Shown: positions 50,201 to 63,454, counted from the stretch's first letter. The stretch: 64,000 nt of DNA from Geosiphon pyriformis uo1 (GCA_016748015.1 JAAOMT010000352.1:767964-831963), one strand, 5' to 3'. Made by a program: numbers and translations. Notes: generated from the letters alone by a model not told the origin.

Positions 50201-53000
50201 CAATAGTAGTGGATGGGGTTTCTTGGGTCTTCGTCTGGTGCACTGCACACAGTCATAGACAAGAGTTTTTTCTTACAAACTGAGCATTCTAGCTTTGGTC
50301 TGCATTGCTGGTGGTTTCTTTGTGAACTTATCTGGTTTTATTCAGATTTTTTTTTGCTGGTCCACATTGGTACAGCTGGTAGTTCTGTTCTTTGGTCATT
50401 AGCCCAAGAAAGCTGATAGATTTCGATGACTGATAGTACTGAATTTTTCTTAAATTTGAAGATAGGTCTTTGGTTGGTGCTGGGTTTTTGGAAGTGGCCA
50501 CAGGTGGCTAGAATTCTGGCCTGGTGGCTATTATAATTGATCAGAAGCTCTTGGGTGGTCCAGTCTAGAGTGGCGTTGGCTTTTGTTAGCCAATCATTCC
50601 TTATTAATACTTGATATTGTGTAGCATCTATTACTAATACTTTTGTAGGTATTACTATGCCGTTAATTTCGAAAGGAAATAAGTTGATTTTGCTATGAGG
50701 CAGCTTTGTACTTCTATTGGCTGTTATAATTTGGAACATCACAGCATGATTAACTTTGAAACCCAGTTGGTTTATTAGTTGAAGCATTATGATGCTTTTA
50801 GTGAATCCACTATCTAAGATAAGTTTAATTGGGGTATTGTTTACAGTGGCTTCCATATACATAGCAGTAATTGGGCATTTTTTGTCCAATGCTGCTTCAC
50901 TGAACATAGTCTTGTTTTTTTTTAATTCAAAAGGAAAAATAGCTGCGAGGCTGCTATCTTTGGTAACAACTGCTAGTGGTATTGTTTGGCTCAATTTGTT
51001 GAAGGAATTTTTGGTTTTGTTTATGTTTCTATCATCATTGTTTCCGATAATCAGATTTTCTGGTATATTAAGATAAGTTTGTTGATAATTTTGGTAGTTT
51101 GGATTGGTTTGCTGACTGGTTCCAGCATGATTTGGATTCCTTTGGACCAACACGTTCTGGTTCCACATGAGCTGATTTCAGAGCTTGGAACACCAATTCG
51201 GGTTGGCTATCATGGGCTGTTGCTGGTAAGTTCTTTGATTTTGATACATAGTGGAATATTGGTGTGATATTGGCGTGTACTGGTTTCTGGACATTTGGGG
51301 TGGCACATAATAATTATTTTTGCATGCTTCCTGCATCATTCGCATTTGACATTGACTAATCAAATGTCCTACACATTTACAAAAATGGCAGGCACATGTT
51401 TCTGTTCTGAATTCCTGGTGCGATAAGCAAATATTTCAACTGTCACTGACTTTCTGGCTGTGTCTTTGGGGTGGTTGGTATGTATTTCTTCTTGGATCCA
51501 GGATGAGATAACTTTCTATTTTCTTAGAGAGTTCCTCCCCTAATTGTGTTATTTTTTTCTCTAATGTTTCTGTCTTATTTTCTTCCATTACCATGTTAAC
51601 CATTTGACTATGGTTAGCTTCTTTCTCAGCCAATTCAAGGGCTTTGGTGAGCATAACGGCTTCTGGTAAGGAATTAGGGTGGGCAGGGCATATTCTTCCT
51701 AAAATGCTGCTTTTTAATCCTCTAATAAACTGATTTAAAACCTAAGAATCAGTGTAGTATCCTTGTTTAATCGCTTCAATCTGATGGTAAATTTGATTGA
51801 ATCAAGCAAGATATTGGGTAACAGTTTCATTGGTACTTTGCTTGATAGTATTGAATTCATTCTGTAGTTGGATTATGGCGTTTGGATCGCTAAAATACTC
51901 TAGAAGTGCATTTTTAAATTCGGCAAAGCTCGTGGGTTTTGTTTCCAGGCTTTAATACCATGAGTTAACTGTGCTTTTCAGGAAGAAAGATAATGTTTGA
52001 ATTGCTCTTTGGTTATTCCAATTATTTGCTTGGATGGTTTTTTGCGCTTCTTTGAATCATGTGTACATGTCTGTTTCTTCTTCTTTTCCTGAGAAATCTG
52101 TTAGTCTTGCGATGTATAGTGTGGCTATTTTATTGCTGTTTTCTGCTGGTGGGCTTATTGGTCTAAGAAGAGGTGGGATGATATTTCCTTGAGTGTTCCT
52201 AAAGGTGGCTTCTCTTATATTCAGTTCTTTCTCTTGATTATGAGTTTCTTGGTTTTTGGACTGGCTGCTTGTTTCAGTGACTGGTCTTGTGCTTGTTTTT
52301 TCACTGGTTTCTTCAGATTCCGATTCAGACTCCTCTTAACAGTTTTCAAACTCCACTCTGAATTTTGGTTGAAAAAAGGGTTTTTGGAATAGCAATGAAT
52401 ATCTTTTTGTAATTGGTATATCTTCCTAATTGTGTTGTTTGAACTTCTCAATATAATTAGAAGTTCTCGGTGTTTGTGAGATTAATATGGATGATGATGC
52501 AGCTTCTAATGGAAGTTGGATTTTATTATCTGGGGAAAAATGATAAAATCTTTCTTCTGGTGAATGAATGTGTTGTTTTTTTACTGATTGCGTGATGTTT
52601 TTCTTAGGTGTTTGGACAGGTGTTTCTAATTTTTACTGATTTTCTTTATGATTAATTTCTGGATTGTAGATGTGTTCTCTGGTGTTCTTTGTGGATATTG
52701 GAAAATTTTTGTTGGTGTATTGTTCTATTTCGCAATGAATTTTGACAATAGTCATGGTTATTACTGCTATTTCTTTGGTAGTGTATTGTGATAATTCTCT
52801 ATACAATCCAAGTTTTGTGTTATGTAATTCTTCTTTCTTTTCTATATGATAATTTATTCTGGCATTGATATAATAAGTGAGGGCAGATTTTGCTAGACAA
52901 TATTCTTTTGGTAATTCAAGATTACTTTGATGTTATGTGTAAATAGCATGGCAGAATTCAAGAACAATAAGGTTAAGAGTTTTTGTTGCCACTTTTTGTT
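47296..53000 (-). pseudogene. gag-pol: Gypsy B gag-PR-Cys-rich-dUTPase-RT-RNaseH polyprotein in one frame; start approximate
   Basis: ORFs starting 51654, 51363, 51168, 50013, 49359, 48594 and 48099 share a frame; CHFCKCVGHLISQC; LILDSG; YLDD; LATDAS; stop TAA 47296-47298. Confidence 0.92.
49130..49560 (-). other. dut: dUTPase domain within the Gypsy B polyprotein
   Basis: DAGFDL, SSLVKK, GVIDFRYTG, KITQ, RGTFGFGSTG. Confidence 0.92.
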
Positions 53001-53055
53001 TCTTTTTTTTTAACAATAAATTAATGCTAATTATTATTTTTTTTTGATTTTCTTT

Positions 53056-53072
53056 CCTCATAGGATTCACCA
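53056..53072 (-). promoter_or_regulatory. Primer-binding site of Gypsy B (TGGTGAATCCTATGAGG)
   Basis: TGG 2 nt downstream of the 5' LTR end; tRNA not identified (probably eroded by deamination). Confidence 0.75.
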
Positions 53073-53074
53073 AA

Positions 53075-53951
53075 TGTTACAGGATAGTTTTCTTGATATA
53101 TTTAATTGCCGATATCTCATTTTAATTGCAATTAGTCTCTCGTGAGTTTCTCAATTCTATTTGTGTGATAATATCACTTGTTATACTAAAGGCTTTCTCT
53201 TTAATGTTGCAATCTAAGTTATTTCTCAATTCCTGATTGTTGTGTGTGTTTATGTACTCCTTTTCAAAGGCTGAACTGAAATCTATCCACTGTCTGAGGT
53301 TTTTTCTGAGGCTATCTTTGCAATTGCCTGATGTGTTTTTCTAATCTAGAAACACAGAATGTTAATGGCCTTTAGTGCTTTTTCTAATTCTTACAATAAA
53401 GCTTTTATTAATTAGTAACAACATGAATAATCTTGATCAAGGATTATTCTTCCAAGAGATTTAACTAATGAATGATAGTTTCATTCAATAATTAACACAA
53501 ATAAGTTTCTTACTACTTTGGAGTTGTGATAATTCAGTTTTAAATATTCTTTTTCATTTCTTTTTGATTTAAAGGTTTCTTGGAATATTTAATTTTTAAA
53601 GGTATGATTTAAAGTAGAGTTTGTTGAATAAATTGGATCTATTGCTTGATAAGTTATGATTTTTATTATTTGATTGGCTTTTCTCAATATTAAAGCTACT
53701 GTATATATATATGTTTGTAATTCTATGAGAAAACACATTGTAATACTTTCTTTTTGATATTTCAACCTAGTGTTTGCTGCTATCACCAGTTGGTGTTGGC
53801 TGCTATTGTGAACTGGTGCTTGCCACTATTACAAGATAGTATTTGCTACTATGTTAATCATTACTTTTCTAAGATTATTACTGCACTATATTATGATTGA
53901 ATAGTTTATATTATTTTTATGATTCTTTTGCTAAATTCTTAAATTGTAATA
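53075..53951 (-). repeat. 5' LTR of Gypsy B
   Basis: Direct repeat of 44247-45122; 23-bp tandem units near 53760-53850. Confidence 0.95.
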
Positions 53952-56900
53952 CCAAATGAGCCTTGGCCAAACTTGGTTTAGATAGGCCATCAATCAAAAG
54001 AAAAATACCCAGATATCTATAAAATTCACTCTTCTTGGCAATTGAAATCTTAGAGCCACTAATAGACAGTGAAATATTCTTGACATCCTGGTTAATAGAA
54101 ATGGCAACCATCTTATTCATGTTTATAGAAATATCATTAATAAAAAAAAATTTACTGGCAATATTTAGAATCTGCTGAGTAGCAGTCATGCAATTCCCAA
54201 TCGAGATAGTATCATCAACAAAGGCTTCTACAGCAAAGAAAGATGTTTTGCCACTTTTAGGGTCAACTCTACCAGTTTTTGTAAAAAAATTTGTATGTAC
54301 TCTATAACCAATTAATTGCTTATGCCTTTTAACCTCACAAAGCAGAGAATCATAAAAAATCTTCCACAATAGAGGTAAGAACACCTCCTCTTGATCCAAT
54401 CTATTATAGACAGTATACCCATCAGTGAGCCCAAAGTTGGTCATCACCCTGTTAAATCTATTATTGTGTATGCCACCAAAAAACTCCACAAAATGGGGAC
54501 ACATTTTGATCCTCTTGAGACAATTAAGCAAATAAAACCAACTGACAGAATCATATGCCTTTTGCATATCTTGGAGAACCAACTACAGCTTCCTGTTCTT
54601 TTTCAATACATTCTCAATTAAAGAACCAACAGCAAAAATTGGGGATTGGGTGGATGTGTCCTTCAAGATTGAGAAGTTGTCACCATGTAAGATATCAAGC
54701 TTGCTACAGACCAAGGAGATTTGGTCTGAAAAGATCTTTGACAAAATCTTCTGGGCCATTTCAATCAAAGCAATTGGTCTGGTATTAGTAAGAGTTCCTT
54801 CCCAGTCATAAGACTTCGGTATCATAGAAACCCAAGCATGCTGTCACTGTGTTGGAACCTGACCTGATGCCAAACATATATTGAATATGTCCAACAGACC
54901 ACTCAAAACTTGCCTATTATCATGTTTCCAGAGTTTATTGAGAATACCTGACAGGCCAGCAGCTTTGCTATCAGGCAGACCACCAACAACTTAGAAAAAT
55001 TCATCAAAACTGATATTAAACATAATTTTTGCAAAGGCATTATCATTAACATAACTTAAGGGAACATATTGGCTAGACCAACATTTAGGCCATACTTTAG
55101 GCACCATGCAGACTTTAGTCCATTCTTCTATAACCTTGTCAACTATAGGCTTAACCTCATGAGGTTCTAAGACCAATTCATTATTGACTACTAGATGGTC
55201 TAAGACAACTTTCTGGAATGGCCGATCCAAAACACTCTTGATCATTCTATTTTTATCAGAACAAAAGTTCTCCATACACTTGTTTATGGCCTTTCTGATC
55301 ATCTTATTTCTGGCAATCCTGAATTCAAAGTATTTAGACCTACAATATCTCTTCTTAACCATAGACAAATGACCCAAAATCTTATCTAAAGCCTCACAAT
55401 TATCAATTATAATATGTACTTCAGAAGCATCTTTCATATTAATGACAAACCAGACATCAAGAAAGCATGCAGTTTCTAACTCTTGGAAGGAGCTCACACT
55501 TTTTACAAGTTTGGCTACCAAACACTCCAGCTTGTAGAACTTAAATGATTGCTTATTCCTAGAACAATCAAACTTATTAAACCACTGCCTAGAAAACACC
55601 TTATTAGTGGAATCAATTACTACACATTTCAAAATTTCTCACATAGTGTCTAAATTACTATTGTCTTTTGCACGAATAAAGTTACCCACCAAATTTGCAA
55701 ATTTGTCTGCTGAATACTCTCTGAACTGCAACTACTTGGTGACATTAGCATTATTGATTTTAAACTTCTATTTGTCCTTATTGGCCTGTTTACGTTTGGA
55801 ATTAAGACTGACATCTAACAGACCACCCAAATCAACTGAAACTGAAACAGATCTATGGTCAGTGTTAAAAAATTCCGAAACAAATTCTACCTTATAGCCA
55901 GCAATCGCAGACATTAAACTCTGGGTCACAAAAATAAAGTCAATGACTTGCTCAACACTCTTAGAGTTGCTCCAAGTAGGAGACTTGGCCAATAAATGTT
56001 CACACAATAAATTGAATAAACCCAAGTTCACACAGAATTTAAAAGTCACACTCTTCTTTGAATTACTCTTATTGAAATTCCCACCCAAAACCACAAAAGT
56101 ACTGGAGTTGACTGCTCTGGCAATAAAGGCATTAACATTAGCTGCCTGACCAAATTTTGTCTCAGCAGAGGCACTAGCATACAAACCCAGAACTGTGACA
56201 GACAACTTCCCTTTAAACAAAAGTCTAATTGAGATAACATGACCAGAAATCTCCTCGACCTTAGACACATGATGAATCAGAGAGTTATTAACAATGATAG
56301 CTACCTCAGCACCAAGAAAACCTTTATTCAAACCAGAAGTGAAAATCCAGATATCATCGAACTTGTTCATAATCCACAGCCTAATGTTAGATCTCAACTT
56401 TGTCTCCATAATTACTGAAATCATATTCCCTAATTTTTTGTGCAGCACACAACATCTTCTTGTTTAACAAGCATGTTGATGCCATAAACATTGCATGTAG
56501 CAATTTTCCAAACTAAATTAGTCATTAATAAGAGGAAGATACTGAAAAATCCAAGCCAACACACAACAGACCCAACTTTGTCAAAACTGAACCAATAGAG
56601 ATCTCAAGAGCCACCAACTTTAACTCCAAACTGCCCACCTTGATGGTTAAAACTTTTGAACTGCTTGGATCCAAAGATGAGACATTAGAGACAATAGGAG
56701 CAAAAGATGGAAGCATTAATTCTGGCCCATCCAGAACCATATCTGAACTTAAACCCAAACCATCATCCATAGAGGTGTTCAACTCATGAAGTGAAAGAGG
56801 AGGAGCCTGAGCTGTCAATACTATGTCATTGAGCTTTTGCATCATACCAGAAACTTGATCTGCCAAAAGTTCCAAAAAATGTTCTACAGTGGCCAACCGA

Positions 56901-58519
56901 GCACCCAAAAAAGAGTTATTAGCAAAAACAGACAGAATACTGTCATTTATGCCCAAAGCATTAGAAAAAGAAGAACCAGGACTAGAATCAGAATGAAAAC
57001 CACCAGGAGAATAGACAAGCAAGACCACCTGTGCCCAAGATTTGCCACCAAAAGTGGCAGGATGAAAAATAAAAACACATTTCTTTGCATACAACTTTGC
57101 CAGCTAAAGGTGGCAGTCATCTGAAACAGTTCTTTTAAATAATTTCAAAGATCCAAAACTAAAAGCAACTGATGCAACACACTCCAAAACAGAATGTTCT
57201 AAGCACCCATATTTCTCACAATGAACCAAATCCATCCTAGTCCAAGAAAGTCTCATATTCCCAAATATTAGTTCAGTGTGAAATGCAGATTTAAGTCCAT
57301 CTTCCGATTCAAAACCAATAACAGCACAGTGAATCCGATTGCCAATTTCTAGTGAGCAATTGATTACACAAGTTTTCCCACCAGCCTCTTCTAAAAGAAC
57401 ACCAAAATCATGTGCAGTTGTTCCCACAGGCAAAGTAAATAGAAGTGCTCTAAAGCAATCCCTAGACATCCAAGTATTCCAATCTCTCATGGCCATGACC
57501 ATATGTACTGAGTCTTTACCAATGAGGAAAGACCATCTGAATGCCAGTTGCTTAGTCTGTTCCAATTCAGCGAATTCCACCACAGCCTTTTGCCACATTC
57601 TAATCAGCTAAACTTTGATTGACTTAATATTATTAAACTTAGAAACTACGGCAATGATCATCTTCTTTGATGTATCTATGAGAATTTCTTTGATCATCAC
57701 AGCCCAATCTGATCTCATTTTTTGTTTCTTAAGATTGCTGTTTATGTTAATCCCTTTTTCTCTGGCCAATGATATGGTTACTTCTATGCTTTCTTCAGAA
57801 GTAAACATTAATCGGATGATCCCTTCAAATTTTGAGGGGGTAATGGCTCCCCCAAAACCATTGACTGTTAAAAAAATTTTTCTAATTAACTGAGTCTTTG
57901 CTGTTGCCAATTTACTATCCATAGCTGAAAGATTAATATCCAAAGCAAATGACTTTTTAATTAACACTTTCACAAAAGTTTTGATAATTTTAGGGTCAAT
58001 CCACTTTTTATCTAGAGAGATAGGCAAGCGAAAAGGAAGCATCACTTTATCATCATCCATATGAAAGTTGGGAAAGCTGAGTGGAAAACCAAAGCCAGCA
58101 CCAGTGTTGACTTGCTTTGTCTTGGGTGTAGTAGTAGTTAAGCCCACAAGAGACCCACCATTTACTCCAGACATGTTAACATCCTTGTTCTTGCCAAATA
58201 GACTTTTTACATTAGAATAAACACTGCCACTAGATCCAGATTTGTTTAAGGATATATCTTTTTTGTCCTCAGAGTGTTTCACATTACCAAAAACCATCTT
58301 TTTCTTTTGAGAAAAGAAGCCACCAGTAGGACCATGAAAAGCACTTTTAGGAGCCTTCTTCTTAGGTGTAGTGCTACTAGTAGTAGCTTTTATATCTATG
58401 AAAAATAAGTTATTATTAGGTAAAAAAATATTGATATAGACTAAAAAAACAAAAAACTTCTTTTTCAGAAAAATGCACTTTTTGGGGATTTGTGGAAATA
58501 AGAGAAAGAAAAGTTTTTA

Positions 58520-59550
58520 TTATTTTATTATAAAAAATAATAACACAAATAATTTAAAATATAAAAAATAGTTTAAAAATAAATAATTTATTAAAAATTT
58601 AATAATTTAATAATAATAATATTTTTTTGGTAATAATATTTAATTTTTTAATATTTATTTTTTAATTCTAAAATTCAAAAAAGCTTTATTTTTATTATTA
58701 GCATTAAATTTAATATTAATTATTATAAATTTTTTTAAATTAGTATTTATTTTATTAAATATATTAGAAACATATATTATATTATTTAAAAATAAAGATT
58801 TAACCAGAAAAAAAACTGTTTTATTTTTAAAATTTTTAATATTACTATTTATTTTTTTAAAATTTTTAAATAAAAATATTGTTAATAAAATTATATATAG
58901 TATTTTTTACAAATTTTTTTTGATTATATTATTATTATTAATAGTTATTATTTTTTGTATAAAAAAATAAATATTTACAAAATATTAAAATTTTATAAAA
59001 CAACAAAAAATAAAACAAAATAAAAAACTTTATTTTTTTAAAAAAATTTTTGATATAAAAAAAAAGTTAAAGTAATAATAATATTATTATTATATAAAAT
59101 ATAGTAAAATTAAAAACAGAATTAAAAATTAAACAAAATTTTTTATTAAGATTAAAATTAAAATTAAAATAAAATACTTAATATAATAAAAATATTTAAA
59201 TATATAATTTTTATAATATTTAAACTTAATTATTTTTAAAAAAACTAATAATTGTTTTAATAAAATATTTATAAATTATATAATTAGAATTATTATAATA
59301 CAAATAAAAATTATTAATTTAATAACAAAATTTTTTAATTTAAGTAAAAAGTTTAAATTAAAATTGTATTAATTAATATTTAAATTATTATTATATAAAT
59401 ATTATTTAATTAATTATAAAAGCCAAAAAAAAAAAAATTTAATAACATATTTTTAAAAATACTGTTTTTTATAATATTTAAAAAATCAAATATTACAATA
59501 AACTATATTATTAATAATTTTATTAGATTTTATATAGAATTTAATATACC
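58520..59550. other. Extremely AT-rich spacer (others at ~8880-9580, 16290-16480, 33250-34180, 40995-42010)
   Basis: Sampled 60-nt lines contain only 1-4 G/C. Confidence 0.85.
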
Positions 59551-59679
59551 AAGTATTAATGCTTAATATTTGGAGTGACGTCATATGTTCACTGCTTTAG
59601 TCCCCATATTTAAAAAGTGATATCTTAAACGAGATAATTTCTTCCAAAAATAACCCTTTAAGGCCAAGTTATCACATGA

Positions 59680-60528
59680 TTACTTTTTGACTAGTAAATT
59701 TCTTTCTAAATCCTGAAACGCCTTCATCCCGGCATCCATTGCTCGATTCTGATCATTTTTATACTCACGACTTTTACTCTCTTTCTGATCTGAAAGAATT
59801 GGTGGAATAGGCTTATTTTCTTTAATTAATCGTTTTCGTATATTATCAGTTGCCTCCCACCATTCTCGAAATTCTTCAGCATAAATGTCTAGGACACTGG
59901 TATAAAAATTAAGAGAAGCATTAACAACAATCAAAAACATATATATATACATAGATTTCTATGATCTTACCAATGAGCACATCCACTATATCCAATTTAG
60001 TTGTCAAGATTAGTCAATTAGCCAAAGATATAAATAATAATATAAAATTAAGATTAAAAACTAAACCTCATACAACAATTATCCGGAAACGCCGGTTTCG
60101 GGGGTATTATCTCGTCATCAATGGTCACAACGGGACCCATAATTTTTTCATCGTCACAAACATTTTTCCTTTGGTCTGAGGATGATACATTGATCTTAAA
60201 TGTGGTAGGTTTTTCAAGATCAACTTTTTTTTTATCTGTCGCAAGTTGTATTGATGAAGGCTAAAGTTTCATTCAATAAAATGAAATAATAAATCCTTGG
60301 AATTGAAACTTTATATTTAATTTTTTTTAATACCTGATATAATATTAACTTCCAATATCCTTTATATTGTTGTTCCTTATCTTCCTCTTTTTGTGTGGGC
60401 ATTTTTGGCCCTTCAGAATTTGAATGGATACCCTCATAATTACTGCGTGAAAGATGACTATTCAAAAAACTACAATTTACATGATTTCTAAATCTTGTTG
60501 ATGCATGTTTCCTTATTAATTGAATCAT
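59680..60528 (-). CDS. Oxidoreductase-like domain protein (UPF0651 / OXLD1 / yeast YPL107W family), 206 aa; exons 60528-60334, 60260-60067, 59985-59971, 59896-59680
   Basis: Three GT-AG introns (73, 81, 74 nt) splice in phase to give PPKPAFPDNCCMSGCAHCVLDIYAEEFREW, the family signature; R/K/S-rich N-terminus suggests mitochondrial targeting. Confidence 0.88.
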
Positions 60529-60599
60529 TATCTGGCGTTTAATGATATTTAATTGTGAGAGTAATTTGTCAAAAAAATGAAACCGTAAAACTGATGAGT

Positions 60600-60600
60600 T

Positions 60601-60635
<35 letters not shown>

Positions 60636-60637
60636 TT
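60600..60637. repeat. (TTTA)n microsatellite upstream of the OXLD1-like gene
   Basis: Seen directly. Confidence 0.85.
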
Positions 60638-61530
60638 AGAGAGATTATAAATTATTTGTATTAAAAACATGAGATAAAATGGGTTAGATTTTACTTTTAT
60701 AGACTTTTAGGACCTAAATATAATTTATATAATTTCGGTTTTCAAATTATGTAATAGTTAAAAATTATATTTGGCTGTAGATTCATTATTAGTTTACAAA
60801 TTCTATGTATATTATTAATTAAAAACCTTTTAAATATTAATTATTATCTATTATTGAAGAAGAAATATAAAATCTTTATGTTTTAAATAAAATATCAATA
60901 AAAAGGAAATTTATTATAAAAATAAATTTGTATTTGATTACAACCAAATTGATATGTAATAATAAAATATTTAATTAATAAATATTGTTATTATCAGTTA
61001 TTAATTAAATATATTTTTTATTAATAAATATATATAATTTGATATCATATACAAATATTTAAAAGACTAAATAATTATAATAATTATTATAATAATAATA
61101 TTTTAATTTATTATTATTATTATTATAAATTAAAACTTATTTTTTAAATTAAATTATGATTTGGTTTTCATAATTTATCATAATTTGTTAATAATATATA
61201 TATATTTATATATATTTAATAAATATGTAAAAGAATTGTTTATAAGAGATGAATAAACATACATCATATTTATTAATTTATCGGTAATTAGTTAAAATAT
61301 ATGATTATAGGTAGACCCATTGTTATCTAGGTGATAGTTAAATGTAGTACCAAATTGCCGTTACACGTGATAGTATATGTAACATTGCATTTTACTTTTT
61401 TCCTGATTAAGCAGGTTTAATCTACAAGAGTATTTTCTAGAATGGGATACCATTAACCACTGCTTAACAATTCATTGTTTAAATTTGTAACTTTCGATCC
61501 GGTCCTTTTTCAACTTGGAATAACCAAGAA

Positions 61531-63404
61531 ATGAGCGATAACACCAAAACCTCGCGTCATGCCTCGGGGGTTTTGCCTGCGAGGCAATTTTTTTCACCCA
61601 GAAAGCCTATAAGGCCCATAAGGCAAAGCACAGGTGGTCCAAAAAAAAGACATACTAATAATTTAACTTTTAACACACCTTCCACTTCCGAATCGAAACA
61701 ACATTCTTCCTCGATCCCACAGAGACTTCCAGTTACATCAGTAGTTGGATCAACGCTTTCAGCACTCTCCTCTGAAGAGGAAGAGACATCCGTGACAAGG
61801 GAATCTTCTCTTGGCCTTACAACAACACCGATTTCTCTTGACCAGTCGGTCGATTCAATATTTGCCTTAGAAATTGAAGGCGAACCAAAGAGATTACCGG
61901 AACGACCTCCAAATGCCCTTTTGATGCATCGCCAAAAGACATATTATAATGAAAATGACATTTCACAAACTGTTATAGATTCTGTTTTAGAACCAAGTTC
62001 AACAATAAATAATTCGAGAAATCAACTTAATTATAATAAGTACTCAAGAGACCTGGGGAATGTATCTAGGCATTCACTGAACAATACTTTTAAACCAATA
62101 TTAAATAAAAAATCTTCGGGAATAGAAACACAAAATTCGTTTCTTGCTATTCCATATTCCAGTATTATGCGTCCTCCATCACATTTACTCCACCCAACAC
62201 CATCTATAACGGCCACAGATAAAAAAAATAGAAAACGTGTATATCAATTGTGGCCAGGACGAAATAGATTTTTTTTAGGGGGGAGAATAATAACCAGCAG
62301 AGATTTTCCTGCTTTTGTGGTCGCCTTGTCAGCACTTATTTTGCCATGTTCTCTTTTTTTTGGATTTACGTGAGTATTTTATTAATCCGATTTGGTAGAA
62401 TCTTCATTTTTGAAGCGATTTTATTAAACATCATATATTCTTAGGGCACCATTTTTATATACTCACGTATCCCCAGCTATTGTTTTTGTTTTTTTATATT
62501 TATTTTTATTGGCTCTCAGTAGTATGCTTATTACATCGTGGACAGATCCTGGAGTAAGTTAATGTTTCTCACAATTATTTTTAAAGAAATACAACTCATT
62601 TGAAAGTTTTATTTTGTCTATTAGATTATTCCACGAAAACTTGATCCATCACCAACCATTGGGGAATATGAAGAGGGAGAAAATGTTTTAAATAACTCAC
62701 AATATCCCTATTATCCTTCTCGCAATTCTACCCTTCCAAAAGATATCAGAATCAATGGACAACGTATAACATTGAAATACTGCGAAACATGTAAGATATA
62801 TAGACCACCCAGATGTAGCCATTGTCGACAATGTGATAATTGTGTAGGTAAATACCACAATATCTTTTTTTTTTTCACGATTTATGCAAAGATTTAACCA
62901 ATATCAAGATTTCATTAGACTCACCAAAAAATTACTAAAATGATAAAATTTTTGAAATATAAATGCACCTTGTTCAGAAAATGAAGACCATCATTGCATA
63001 TGGCTCAATAATTGTATTGGCCGGCGAAATTATCGAAGTTTTTTCACCTTTATAATCACCGCGACCGTATTATGTATCTACGTGTTTAGCTTTTCCCTTA
63101 CCCATATATTGTTGTTGATGAAAGATCGGAATATTAACTTTCTAGAAGCCCTGAGAACTGCACCAATCAGATATCCTTTACAAAATCAAGAAAAGAAATT
63201 GCTTGTTTTTTATTCAAAAAGATTTATATGATCCCTAACAAAATAATGATTACTTTTGTATTAGTTTTGGTAGCATTTTTATTGGTTTGGTCAGTGGGTG
63301 GATTAACTGGATTTCATATGTACCTGATTGGTCATAATATGACAACACATGAACAGGTAATTATTATGTGATTCTTTCTAATTCATGATGAAAATCTAAT
63401 TCAA

Positions 63405-63454
<50 letters not shown>

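Larger units (their letters stand above)
44247..53951 (-). mobile_element. Ty3/Gypsy LTR retrotransposon B, complete, same layout as A
   Basis: Two ~876-bp LTRs; PBS 53056-53072; PPT 45123-45137; TSD CCGA (44243-44246) / CCAA (53952-53955). Confidence 0.96.
42020..58515 (-). mobile_element. LINE-e: full-length, split by Gypsy B (pieces ~42020-44246 and 53952-58515)
   Basis: 3' UTR 42030-42151; ORF2 56525 to 42152; ORF1 ~58400 to 56522; removing the insertion restores LAKAHSDVKFFSN; outer ends approximate. Confidence 0.9.

Noticed and set aside
63204-63272. Alternative GT-AG intron instead of the U12 intron
   Set aside because: The GT at 63204 is a poor donor and is out of phase with the nearby AG acceptors
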